Shown: positions 9,761 to 18,498 of the stretch, piece after piece
Layout: each line of letters opens with the position of its first letter
Position numbering within the stretch: the stretch's first letter is position 1
Assembly (NCBI GenBank): GCA_963733175.1
Contig: CAVTCL010000013.1
Span: forward strand, 441 to 64,440
DNA: 64,000 nt
Reading direction: 5' to 3'
Source: an uncultured Actinomycetota bacterium
GTDB taxonomy: Bacteria; Actinomycetota; CALGFH01
Notes under the pieces: model-generated
What the model was told of the DNA's origin: nothing
The model's database searches: none
Seen by the model: the letters and a program-made list of their open reading frames with translations, nothing else
Position numbers and translations under genes: made by a program

Positions 9761-9784
9761 CCGATCGCCAATTTCGGCGATCGG
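9761..9784. promoter_or_regulatory. Perfect 9-bp inverted repeat in the channel / hydrolase divergent region
   Basis: CCGATCGCC-aatttc-GGCGATCGG, located about 140 nt upstream of the 9925 start. Confidence 0.4.
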
Positions 9785-9924
9785 CGTCAACGTCCCACAC
9801 CTGAGCGGGATGTTGCGGTAGCGTCCGGCGCCGTTCGACGTGCCTTCCGTCTCCTTCCCCACGGAGGCCGCCTTGTTGTCGCCTGCCCGTCCTCCCGCCG
9901 CGCCGCGGCGGACGACCGTGTATC

Positions 9925-11100
9925 GTGCTCGTCGCCGCGCTCCTGGCACCCCTGCTGGTGGTGCCGGCACAGGCCGGCCCGCAGGACCGGGCCGAGCTCT
10001 CCCAGGTCCAGCGCAAGCTCGACCGGATCCGCAAGGTCCTCGAGAACGCCAAGTCAGACGCCGGCGAGGTCGCCGCCGCCCTCGAGCAGGCCGACCGGGA
10101 CGTGGCCGCGGCCCAGGCCGCCCTGGCCGAGGCCCAGCGCCGGTTCCGGGCCGCCCAGGCCAGGCGCAAGCAGGCCGCCCTGGAGGCCGCCCGGGCCAAG
10201 CTGGAGGTCGACGCCCAGCAGGCGGTGATCGACCGGCGGGCGTATGCGACCTACGTCAACAGCGGCGCCTCGGCCATGCTGACCCTGGTGGTCGACGCCG
10301 ACAGCGTCGCCGACCTGCTCGACCGCTCCAAGCTGCTCGACAACGTGGCCAAGGCGGCCAACAGCGAGCTCCAGGCGCTGGTCGACGCCAAGGTGGCCGC
10401 CGACGCGGCCCGCCGGCGGGCCGTGGCCGCCGAGCGGCAGGCCGCCGAGGAGGAGGAGCGGATGCGCGCCCGGGCCGCCGAGCTGGAGGCGATCCGGGCC
10501 GCCCGGGCGGCCGCCCAGGAGGCGCTGGAGCGCAAGATCGACTCGCTCCAGGCGCGCCAGGGCTCCCTGGCGGCCAGGTCGGGCCGGCTGATCCGCAAGA
10601 TCAAGGCCGAGGAGGCGGCGCGCCGGCGCGCCGTCGAGCGGGCCCGCAAGGCCCGGCTGGCCCGCCTGGCCAGGGAGCGGGCGGCGGCCTCGCGGCCGAC
10701 CGTCATCTCCAGCGACGACGACGGCGGGCACCTCGGCGGGCCCAACACGACCAGCTACAACTACCTCACCCCGAACGGCAAGCGGGTCTACGGGCTGGTG
10801 GTCAGGATCTTCGACGTCCACTCGATCGGCGGCTGGCGGCCGTACGGGTCGGTCCCGGGCAGCGACCACCCGCGGGGCCGGGCCATCGACGTGATGACCT
10901 GGTCAAACCGGTCCCTCGGCTGGCGGATCGCCAGCTGGGCGGCGGGCAACGCCTGGGCCCTCGACGTCAAGTACGTGATCTTCAACGGCCGCATCTGGAC
11001 CCGGAGCCGGGGCTGGCACGGCTACCGCCACCCGTCCGACCCCTGCAACTGCAACCCGACCCTGCGCCACGACGACCACGTGCACATCTCGGTGCTCTAG
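9925..11100 (+). CDS. Secreted coiled-coil protein with C-terminal peptidase M15/VanY-like domain (cell-wall hydrolase candidate)
   Basis: GTG start. Signal-like LVAALLAPLLVVPAQA, then approx 230 aa of A/E/R/Q heptad-like sequence. The C-terminus carries SDHPRGRAID (SxHxxGxAxD) and HDDHVHIS (HxH) zinc-ligand motifs. Confidence 0.65.
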   Translation: MLVAALLAPLLVVPAQAGPQDRAELSQVQRKLDRIRKVLENAKSDAGEVAAALEQADRDVAAAQAALAEAQRRFRAAQARRKQAALEAARAKLEVDAQQAVIDRRAYATYVNSGASAMLTLVVDADSVADLLDRSKLLDNVAKAANSELQALVDAKVAADAARRRAVAAERQAAEEEERMRARAAELEAIRAARAAAQEALERKIDSLQARQGSLAARSGRLIRKIKAEEAARRRAVERARKARLARLARERAAASRPTVISSDDDGGHLGGPNTTSYNYLTPNGKRVYGLVVRIFDVHSIGGWRPYGSVPGSDHPRGRAIDVMTWSNRSLGWRIASWAAGNAWALDVKYVIFNGRIWTRSRGWHGYRHPSDPCNCNPTLRHDDHVHISVL

Positions 11101-11645
11101 GAGGAGGCCTCCTCGGCCAGGATCTCCTCGCACAGCGCCAGGCACTTGTCGCAGATCCGGGTCCCCTGGCCGAACTTGGTCCCGGTCGCCTCCGCCAGCC
11201 CGCTGGCGACCAGGTGCCGCACCTTGCGGGCCTCCTCGCCGCAGAAGCCGCAGCGTACCTCCGACCCCGGCGGTTCCAGCGACATCGGCGCCTCCGCCGG
11301 GTCGTCGACCGCCGTGCCGCTGGCCAGGCTGCTCGCCCGGGCCACGCACCGCTCGCAGATGAAGCTCCCCGGCCCGGCGATCAGCTTGGCGCACTCCTCC
11401 TGCCAGCGGCCGCAGAATGAGCACGGCCCGACCTGCTCCTCGTCGCGCCCGCCGGCGATCTGGTGGACCCGCTGGTGGCTCAGCCGCAGCGCCTCGGCGA
11501 TCTCGCGCAGCGACCCGCCGGCCGCGTGCAGGCGGCGGATGGCGTGGTGGTAGTCGGCCCGGGCCCGCTCGGCGGCCTGCCGCGACTCGGCCAGCCGTTC
11601 CCGCGCCGCCTCGGCGTCGCGCACCAGGTAGGGATCGAGGGCCAT
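11097..11645 (-). CDS. HTH protein with two ClpX-type C4 zinc-finger domains
   Basis: 182 aa from ATG 11645. HTH segment SLREIAEALRLSHQRVHQI. Two C-x2-C...C-x2-C units (CSFCG...ICERC and CGFCG...ICDKC) resemble the ClpX N-terminal zinc finger. Confidence 0.7.
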   Translation of the reverse strand: MALDPYLVRDAEAARERLAESRQAAERARADYHHAIRRLHAAGGSLREIAEALRLSHQRVHQIAGGRDEEQVGPCSFCGRWQEECAKLIAGPGSFICERCVARASSLASGTAVDDPAEAPMSLEPPGSEVRCGFCGEEARKVRHLVASGLAEATGTKFGQGTRICDKCLALCEEILAEEASS

Positions 11646-11669
11646 CTGTCTAGTGTCGCTAGACAGATG
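11643..11669. promoter_or_regulatory. Perfect 11-bp inverted repeat spanning the start codon of the HTH / ClpX-ZnF gene
   Basis: CATCTGTCTAG-tgtcg-CTAGACAGATG. The left arm contains the complement of the ATG at 11645. Confidence 0.6.
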
Positions 11670-11746
11670 GCGGTTGTCCAGTTCCGGCGCCGGGCACGCG
11701 GACGGGCCCGGGCGGACATGCCGCCCGGGCCCGTGGCCTGTGGTCG

Positions 11747-12958
11747 CTAGATGGCGACCTTCACGACCTGCCCGGCGTCCGACAGGATGCTGTTGTTGGT
11801 GATGTAGGCGGCGCCGTGGCCGAGCACGAAGCCGCCGGGGGCGGCCAGGCCCTCGCTGGCCAGGGTGGTGCGGCTGCCGTCCTTGTTGACCCGGACCAGC
11901 CGGCCGGTCGGGAGCTCGCCCTCGGGCGTGTTGAGCAGCCCCTCGGTGGCGATCTCCAGCACGTACAGGCGGCCGCGCTTGTCGAAGGCGATGTCGATGA
12001 TGTTGGTGAAGCCGCCGGCGAAGACCTCGGGGGCGTGGCCGGGCACGACCCGGAACACGTTGGCCCCACCCGGCGGGAACGGGAAGCCGGTGAGCTGGCC
12101 GACGTAGTAGGCGCCGTCCGGGCCCTTGACGACCGAGGTCGGCACGGCCTGCATCGGGAGCTCCGGCGGCAGGTCGGGGATCCCCGGCGGGGCGGGCACG
12201 AGCCGCGGCGGGAACACCGCGACCACGCTGATGCGGCCCTTGGGGTCGACCTTGAGCAGGTCGTTGCCGCCGGCGTCGGCCACCAGCTGGGAGTGCCTGC
12301 GGACCAGCAGCCCGTTGGGGTTGCTGTCGATCCCCGGCTCGCCGCCGGGGAAGGTACCGGCGCTCTCGTCGGGGTCGTTGGCAGCCTCGAAGCGCGGGAA
12401 GTCGGCGACGGCGCGGATGCCGCGCAGGTTGACCTTGAGCAGCTTGCCGAGGCGACGAGCTCCCGGGCCGAACTGCGCGCGGGTCTCGGGGTCGCCGAGG
12501 TTGCCGAGCAGCAGGTAGCCGGTCCAGCCGGAGAAGCCGAGGTCGACCGGGCCGGTGGCGGCGACGCCGCCCTCCTCGGCGACCGAGGGCAGGCCGGTGA
12601 GGACCCGGTGCTGGGACCGCTTGGTGATCCTGGTCACGGCGCCGGTGCGGCCGAAGCAGGTCTCCTCGCCCTCGGGGCCTGCCGGGACGCACGGGCCGGC
12701 GCCACCCGATCCGGACTCGGCGACGTAGAGGGCGCCGTCGGGACCGAAGCCGATCCCGCGCGGGTTGTCGAGCCCTTCGGCGACGACCTTGAGCCCGCCA
12801 CCGCCGCCGGAGGCGCCGTGGGCGGCCTCGGCCATGGCCTTGGACGGGCTCTTGGCCTTGCTGCCTGGGGCGGCCGTGGCGGCGCCCCCGAAGGCGGTCA
12901 CCGCGGCCAGCGCGAGCAGGCCGGCGACGGCGCCGGCCCGACGTACGGAGATACGCAT
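11747..12958 (-). CDS. ScyD/ScyE family secreted beta-propeller protein
   Basis: 403-aa ORF with a signal peptide. Motif GLDNPRGIGFGPDGALYVAESGSGG and repeated NHL/propeller-like blades. Confidence 0.7.
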   Translation of the reverse strand: MRISVRRAGAVAGLLALAAVTAFGGAATAAPGSKAKSPSKAMAEAAHGASGGGGGLKVVAEGLDNPRGIGFGPDGALYVAESGSGGAGPCVPAGPEGEETCFGRTGAVTRITKRSQHRVLTGLPSVAEEGGVAATGPVDLGFSGWTGYLLLGNLGDPETRAQFGPGARRLGKLLKVNLRGIRAVADFPRFEAANDPDESAGTFPGGEPGIDSNPNGLLVRRHSQLVADAGGNDLLKVDPKGRISVVAVFPPRLVPAPPGIPDLPPELPMQAVPTSVVKGPDGAYYVGQLTGFPFPPGGANVFRVVPGHAPEVFAGGFTNIIDIAFDKRGRLYVLEIATEGLLNTPEGELPTGRLVRVNKDGSRTTLASEGLAAPGGFVLGHGAAYITNNSILSDAGQVVKVAI

Positions 12959-13125
12959 GCAGCAACTCCCCTTGCTGGTTCCGGATTGTCAGGATGAAGT
13001 CGCGCCGGCCCCCCTCCCCCCATTCGTACGACACTCGCCGAGAACCCTATCTTGCAGACTGAGGTGGGCCACAGACGCATTTTGGGTAGTCCCAGGAACG
13101 TAGTCCGCTGTGGGACGCTACGTCG

Positions 13126-15139
13126 GTGACGACGATTCGAGCCCCGTCGCTCCAGCGATCCGGCGAACGTCTGCCGTGGGGGCTGGCCGAGCTGGCCCTG
13201 CCCGCCCTCACGGTCACCTTCGGGCTGCAGCTGCTGCGGCTGATGGTGGCCACGATGGTCGGCGTCCACCGCGACCGGTTCGGGGCGCCCCTGGCCAGCC
13301 TGGCCCTGTTCGCCCTGGTGGTGGTCGGCCTCGGGTTCCTGGCCGCCCCGGTCGCCCGGCTGCTCGGCCGAGGGCGCGCCCTGGTGGTGACCGCGGCCGG
13401 GGTCGCCCTGGTCCGGCTGGTCCTCCAGCTGGTCCCGGACGCGGTCGCCCGCTGGCTGCTCGCCCCGGTGGGGGTGGTCCTGTTCCTGTGGTTCGTCCCG
13501 GTCTGGCTGGCCCGGGACGATCGGGGCGGCCGGGGGTTCGGGTTCGGGGTCGCCCTGCTGGTCGGGCTGGCCCTGGACACGGCCCTGGCCGGCCTGGGCG
13601 GCGGCTGGGACTACGCCTGGTCGATCACCCCGTGGACGGTCGCCCTGGCCGTCGTGCTCGCCGGCGTCGCCCTGTGGGCGCTGGCCGCGCTGCCCGACCC
13701 GGTGCCCCGGCCGCCGGGCCGCGGGGTGGCGGCGGTGCTGCCGCTGGCCGGGATCGGGCCGGCGCTGTTCCTGCACGCCCTGGCCTGGCAGAACCTCGGC
13801 TGGCAGGCGGTCCTCGGCGGTCGCTCCCAGGGCCAGGCGTTCCTGCTGGTCATGGTGGCCAACCTGGCCGCCCTGGCGGCCGGGACGGCCGTCGTCGCTG
13901 GCCCGGGAGGTCCGCTGGCCGGTCCTGGGGACCGCGCTGGCCGGGCTGGCCGTGGCCGTCGCCCTGCTGGATGCGGCAGCACCCGCCGCCGTCGTCCTCG
14001 GCCAGACCGCCGCCGCCGTCCTGGTGGTGGCCATCGTCCGGCGGGCCACCGGGCCCGACGCGGCAGCCCCCGACCAGGGCCGCGCGGCCGGGCTGGGGTT
14101 GCTCGCCGCCGCCTGGTCGGCCGGCATGGGGCTGTTCGTGCTGCTGGTGTTCGCCTACTACGCCGCCTACGACGTGGTCCTGCCGGCCGGCAACGGGTGG
14201 CTCCCGGCGCTGGCCGCCGCCCTCCTCGGGCTGGCCGCCGCCGGGTCGATGCTGGGTCGCCGCGGCCAGGCGGACCAGGCCGCCGACGGCCGGGCCTCGG
14301 GGCGCGACCTGGTCCCGGTGGGGGTCGGGGTGGCGCTGCTGCTGGCGCCGCTGGTGTCCTGGGCGACGGCGCCCGGCCCGGTCGCCGCCCCCCTCGGGGC
14401 CACTCCAGCGGCGCCCCGGCCGGTGCGGGTGCTCTCCTACAACCTGCACTTCGGCTTCGACGTCCGGGGATGGAGCGACCTGGAGGGGGCGGCCAGGGCC
14501 ATCGAGGCCAGCGGGGCCGGGGTGGTCGGGCTCCAGGAGGTCTCCCGCGGCTGGTACGTGAACGGCGCCACCGACATGCTGGCCTGGCTCCAGCGCCGGC
14601 TGCGCATGCCCTACGCGCGGTTCGCGGGCGCCTCCGACGCGATCTGGGGCAACGCCGTGCTCAGCCGGTACCCGATCGTGGCCGGCGAGGTGGTGCGGCT
14701 GCCCCGCGAGGGCGTCCCGCTGCGCCGCAGCGCGCTCCGGGTCGAGCTCGACCTGGGGGCAGGGCGGCGTCTGTGGGTGGTCGTCACCCACCTCCACCAC
14801 GTCGAGGGGCCGGAGGGCGCCCGGGTCCGGCTGGCCCAGGTCCCGCGGCTGCTGGAGCTCGTCGGCGGGCGGCCGGCCACCGTGCTCATGGGCGACCTCA
14901 ACGCCGAGCCCGGCTCGGCCGAGATCGGCCTGCTCCGGGCGGCCGGGCTGACCGACGCCTTCGCCGCCGCCGGCGGCGGGCCCGCCGACGAGCTGACCTG
15001 GCCGGCGGACCGGCCGGACCGGCGCATCGACTGGATCTGGCTCTCGGGCGACCTGGCCGCCACCCGCTTCGTCGCCACCACCAGCACGGCCAGCGACCAC
15101 CGCGGCGTCGCGGTCACGGTCCTACGCCGGTCGGGCTAG
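13126..15139 (+). pseudogene. Polytopic membrane domain fused to endonuclease/exonuclease/phosphatase (EEP) domain (frameshifted as assembled)
   Basis: Frame 1 (13126 to approx 13900) encodes multiple TM helices. Frame 2 (approx 13900..15139) continues with more TM helices and the EEP domain (VLSYNLHFG...GLQEV...GDLNAEP...SDHRGV). One frame change lies near 13895-13915. Confidence 0.75.
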
Positions 15140-15763
15140 GCCTCCCTCTGGCTCCTCCTCCTGCGGCTGGTCGCCCTGAGCGAGGATGGCGTAGAGGCGG
15201 CGGCGCGAGTCGTTGAGGATCTCGAGGGCCTTGGCCTGCTGGGCCTCGGTGCCGGCGCCGGCCACGCTCCAGGTGGCCTGGGCGATCTGGCCCACGGCGT
15301 CGCGGAGGCTCCAGGCCGACGGGGTCACCCCGGCCACGGCCTGCTCCCACGGGGCCTGCTGGTCCTGGCGCTCGGCCTCGGCCCGCCCGGCGTCGGTGAG
15401 CGCGAACCGGCGGCGGCCCTCGCCCTCCTCACCGGCGATCAGGTCCTCGTCCTCGAGCAGCTGGAGGGTCGGGTAGACCGACCCCGGGCTGGGCCGCCAG
15501 ACGCCGCCGGTGCGCGCCTCCAGCTCCTGGATCATCTCGTAGCCGTGCATGGGCCGCTCGGCCAGCAGGGCCAGGATCGCGGCCCGGACGTCGCCCCGGC
15601 CGCGCCGCCCCCGCCCCCGGCCCCGGCCGCGGCCGCCGAACCCCCACGCCCCCGGCGGGCCGGGCGGCATGGGCGGCGGCGGGGGACCGAAGGGCCCGAA
15701 GGCGCCGTGGTGCCCCAGCCACTCCTCGTGGGGCCCGTGTCCGTGCAGGTGTTGTCGTCGCAT
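15122..15763 (-). CDS. PadR family transcriptional regulator with His/Gly/Pro/Arg-rich N-terminal extension
   Basis: ATG at 15763 preceded by GGAGGTG. PadR core AILALLAERPMHGYEMIQELEARTGGVWRPSPGSVYPTLQLLEDEDLI. Confidence 0.85.
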   Translation of the reverse strand: MRRQHLHGHGPHEEWLGHHGAFGPFGPPPPPMPPGPPGAWGFGGRGRGRGRGRRGRGDVRAAILALLAERPMHGYEMIQELEARTGGVWRPSPGSVYPTLQLLEDEDLIAGEEGEGRRRFALTDAGRAEAERQDQQAPWEQAVAGVTPSAWSLRDAVGQIAQATWSVAGAGTEAQQAKALEILNDSRRRLYAILAQGDQPQEEEPEGGLARPA

Positions 15764-15770
15764 CGCTGCA

Positions 15771-16841
15771 TCACCTCCTGTGGTCTCGCAGCGACTCAAC
15801 GATATATCGTGACACTCGATGATGCAACTCGATTGTACGTTGATGCAACGTTCGGTTGATGGCGTCGATGCGGGCCTGGCTGGTGGGGTGGGAGCGGAGC
15901 AGCGCGGCCATCCCCCTGGGCCGGGGTGCCGACTGCTCGGCCCGGAGGAACAGGACCAGGACCTGGACGAGGCCGGGGCCGTAGCCCAGCTCGGCCGCGT
16001 GCCGGTCGGCCGCGTGCTCGCCGGCCCGCGACAGCGCCGCCGCCAGCACCTTGGCCAGGCGGACCAGCAGGGCCAGCGGCAGCCAGAGCACGCCGAGGGC
16101 GACCACCAGGACGCTGCCGGCCAGCACCAGGACGCCGAGGACGGCCAGCAGCACCAGCATGCCGAGGGCGCCGTCGGGGGCCCGCCCGCCGGCCATTCCG
16201 CCGGTGCGGTCGTTGAGCCGGCCGAACGTCCGGGCCAGCCACCGGGTGAGCCGGCGGATGGTCCGCAGCAGCCGGTCGCCCGCCTCGAACGGCAGCAGGT
16301 ACCACCAGCCGAGGATGATCGCCAGGGGGTGGAGGTGCCGGTGGTGGCCGACCTCGTGGGCCAGCACCGCCTCCAGCATGTCGTCGGGCAGCTCCAGCGA
16401 CATCCGGGTCACGGCCAGCACGTGGCCGCCGAGGGCGAACGCGTTGACCTGCCGCTTCTCCTCGACCCGGAGCAGGTAGCGGCCCGGGTCGGTCCCGGCC
16501 CGGCGGCACACCCGCTCCAGGGCCGGGGCGATCCGGGCCAGCTCGGCCGCCCGCGGCCGGCGCAGGTCGCGGTACAGCAGCCAGGCCAGCCCGGCCTCCA
16601 CCGGCCGGACCAGGATCAGGGCGGCGCTGGCCGTCCAGGCGGCGCAGGCCACGGCCACGACCGGCACCCGGGGCCAGCCGGCAGCGAAGGCCGCCCCGTA
16701 GGCGGGCAGGGCCACCACCACCAGCGAGAGCAGCCAGATGAGGACGACGATGGCGAACATCCCGACCGAGGTCCCACTGACCCGCGACCGGGCCGGGACC
16801 AGGGCCCGTTCCCCATCGGCTGGGTGCTGGCGCGGCGGCAT
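15771..16841 (-). CDS. M48 family metallopeptidase (membrane-bound, HtpX-like)
   Basis: HEVGHH zinc motif flanked by TM segments. ATG at 16841. The last approx 25 codons run through a low-GC repeat region that looks regulatory. Confidence 0.75.
   Translation of the reverse strand: MPPRQHPADGERALVPARSRVSGTSVGMFAIVVLIWLLSLVVVALPAYGAAFAAGWPRVPVVAVACAAWTASAALILVRPVEAGLAWLLYRDLRRPRAAELARIAPALERVCRRAGTDPGRYLLRVEEKRQVNAFALGGHVLAVTRMSLELPDDMLEAVLAHEVGHHRHLHPLAIILGWWYLLPFEAGDRLLRTIRRLTRWLARTFGRLNDRTGGMAGGRAPDGALGMLVLLAVLGVLVLAGSVLVVALGVLWLPLALLVRLAKVLAAALSRAGEHAADRHAAELGYGPGLVQVLVLFLRAEQSAPRPRGMAALLRSHPTSQARIDAINRTLHQRTIELHHRVSRYIVESLRDHRR
15799..15849. promoter_or_regulatory. Low-GC block with a 12-bp palindrome and two 9-bp direct repeats 21 bp apart, immediately upstream of padR
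   Basis: ACGATATATCGT (15799-15810). TGATGCAAC occurs at 15820-15828 and again at 15841-15849. Confidence 0.5.
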
Positions 16842-16898
16842 GGCCCAACGATACGTAGAGTGGGCGTGGCGTTCCATGGTGCGACGACGGGAGGAGCC

Positions 16899-17414
16899 AT
16901 GCCCATCTTCCGGCTGAACCACGCCGTGCTCTACGTCCGCGACCTGGAGCGCAGCGTCGCCTTCTACGGCGACGTGCTCGGCTTCGAGCCCGTCATGCGC
17001 ATGCCCGGGGCGGCGTTCGTCCAGGCGCCCGGCTCCAGCAACGACCACGACCTCGGCCTGTTCCAGATCGGCCCCCAGGCCGGGCCCTCGGAGGCCGGGC
17101 GGCGCACCGTCGGCCTCTACCACCTGGCCTGGGAGGTCGACACCCTGGCCGAGCTCGGGCGCCTGGCCGACCGCCTGGCCGAGGCCGGGGCCCTGGTCGG
17201 CGCCTCCGACCACGGCACCACCAAGAGCCTGTACGCCAAGGACCCCGACGGTCTCGAGCTCGAGGTCGCCTGGGTGGTCCCGGCCGACCTCCTGGACGCC
17301 GACGCCCTGGCCGCCCGCGAGCGCATCGGCCCCCTCGACCTGGCCCGCGAGCAGGCCCGCTACGGCGCCGACACCAAGGGCGGCATCGGCATCTCGGTCC
17401 CGGCCGGCTCCTGA
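16899..17414 (+). CDS. VOC (glyoxalase / bleomycin-resistance / dioxygenase) family protein
   Basis: ATG at 16899 after GGGAGGAG. Sequence MPIFRLNHAVLYVRDLERSVAFYGDVLGF is typical of the VOC fold. Confidence 0.8.
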   Translation: MPIFRLNHAVLYVRDLERSVAFYGDVLGFEPVMRMPGAAFVQAPGSSNDHDLGLFQIGPQAGPSEAGRRTVGLYHLAWEVDTLAELGRLADRLAEAGALVGASDHGTTKSLYAKDPDGLELEVAWVVPADLLDADALAARERIGPLDLAREQARYGADTKGGIGISVPAGS

Positions 17415-17452
17415 ATACAGAAGGCCCGCCAGATTCGGCGGGCCTTCTGTAT
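17415..17452. terminator. Bidirectional intrinsic terminator-like hairpin between convergent genes
   Basis: ATACAGAAGGCCCGCC-agattc-GGCGGGCCTTCTGTAT, a perfect 16-bp stem. It lies directly between the stops at 17414 (+) and 17461 (-). Confidence 0.75.
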
Positions 17453-17460
17453 GGGGGAAC

Positions 17461-18498
17461 CTATCCGTTGGGGCGGGCGTAGCCGACGATGCTGCTGCCG
17501 AGGGACTGGACCCGGACGTAGTCGCCGGTGTGGGTGGCCGAGATCCGCTGGCCGCCGCCGATGTACACGGACACGTGCGAGATGGGGCTGTAGTAGAAGA
17601 TCAGGTCGCCCGGCTGGAGCTCGCCGGCCGAGATGCGCCGGCCGACGTTGTACTGGGAGGCGCTGGAGTGGGGGAGCGAGACGCCCGCCTGCTGCCAGGC
17701 CATCATCGTCAGGCCCGAGCAGTCGAAGCAGCCGGGGCCCGAGCCGCCGTAGCAGTAGGGCTTGCCGACCTGGGCTCTGGCGTAGGCCACGACCGCCGCG
17801 GCCGAGCCGCTGCCGCCACCGCCGCCCGAGGGCGGGGGCGCGACCGGGCTTGACGGGGCGCTGGGGGCCGACGGGCGGTCGGCGGCCCGCATCCGGGCCA
17901 GCAGGGCCCGGGTCTTGTCGGCGGCCCGCTGGACCTCGGCCTTCTTGGCGGCCAGGCGGTCGACCTCGGCGGCCTGGGCCTTCTCGGCGGCGACCAGGTT
18001 GCCGTGGCGCTCGTCGAAGGCCTTGCCGGCCACCCCGAGCTGGTCCATCAGGTCGCCGTCGTGGGCGGCCAGCAGGTCGAGGACCTGGACCCGGGCGATG
18101 GCGGCGGCCGGGTCGTCGGAGCCGAGCACGGCGGCTACGGCGCTGCCGGCGCCCTGGACGTAGGCGGCGGAGGCCCTGGCGCCCAGCACCGCCCGGAGCT
18201 TGCGCACGTCCTCCTCGGCCGCGTCGGTCTGGCCGCGGAGGCCCTTGAGGGACCGCTGGATCCGCCGCAGGGACTCGTTGCTCTGGTTGTACTGCTCGAC
18301 CAGCTCATCGGCCTCCCGGTTCAGCTGGTCGAGCTGATCCTCGAGGCGGGCGGGGGAGGCCGGGGTTGCCAGCGCTGTCGTGTTCGACCCGGTGGACAGC
18401 AGCGTCAGGGGCAGCAGGATGGCAGCGAGCATCACGCTGCGGGCAGCGTGATGCTGCCAGCGACGGTGGGGGGTCCGTCGTGCGCCCAACGGCGGCAA
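17461..18498 (-). CDS. NlpC/P60 family peptidoglycan endopeptidase with N-terminal coiled coil (RipA-like)
   Basis: Signal peptide and coiled-coil region. C-terminal VGKPYCYGGSGPGCFDCSGL...H catalytic Cys/His core. Confidence 0.85.
   Translation of the reverse strand: MPPLGARRTPHRRWQHHAARSVMLAAILLPLTLLSTGSNTTALATPASPARLEDQLDQLNREADELVEQYNQSNESLRRIQRSLKGLRGQTDAAEEDVRKLRAVLGARASAAYVQGAGSAVAAVLGSDDPAAAIARVQVLDLLAAHDGDLMDQLGVAGKAFDERHGNLVAAEKAQAAEVDRLAAKKAEVQRAADKTRALLARMRAADRPSAPSAPSSPVAPPPSGGGGGSGSAAAVVAYARAQVGKPYCYGGSGPGCFDCSGLTMMAWQQAGVSLPHSSASQYNVGRRISAGELQPGDLIFYYSPISHVSVYIGGGQRISATHTGDYVRVQSLGSSIVGYARPNG

Noticed and set aside
7098-10199. 1033-aa ORF on the minus strand
   Set aside because: The composition is low-complexity and R/G/P/A-rich. 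It is antisense or off-frame to DUF1835, WhiB, the channel and the M15-like gene. No family motifs were seen.
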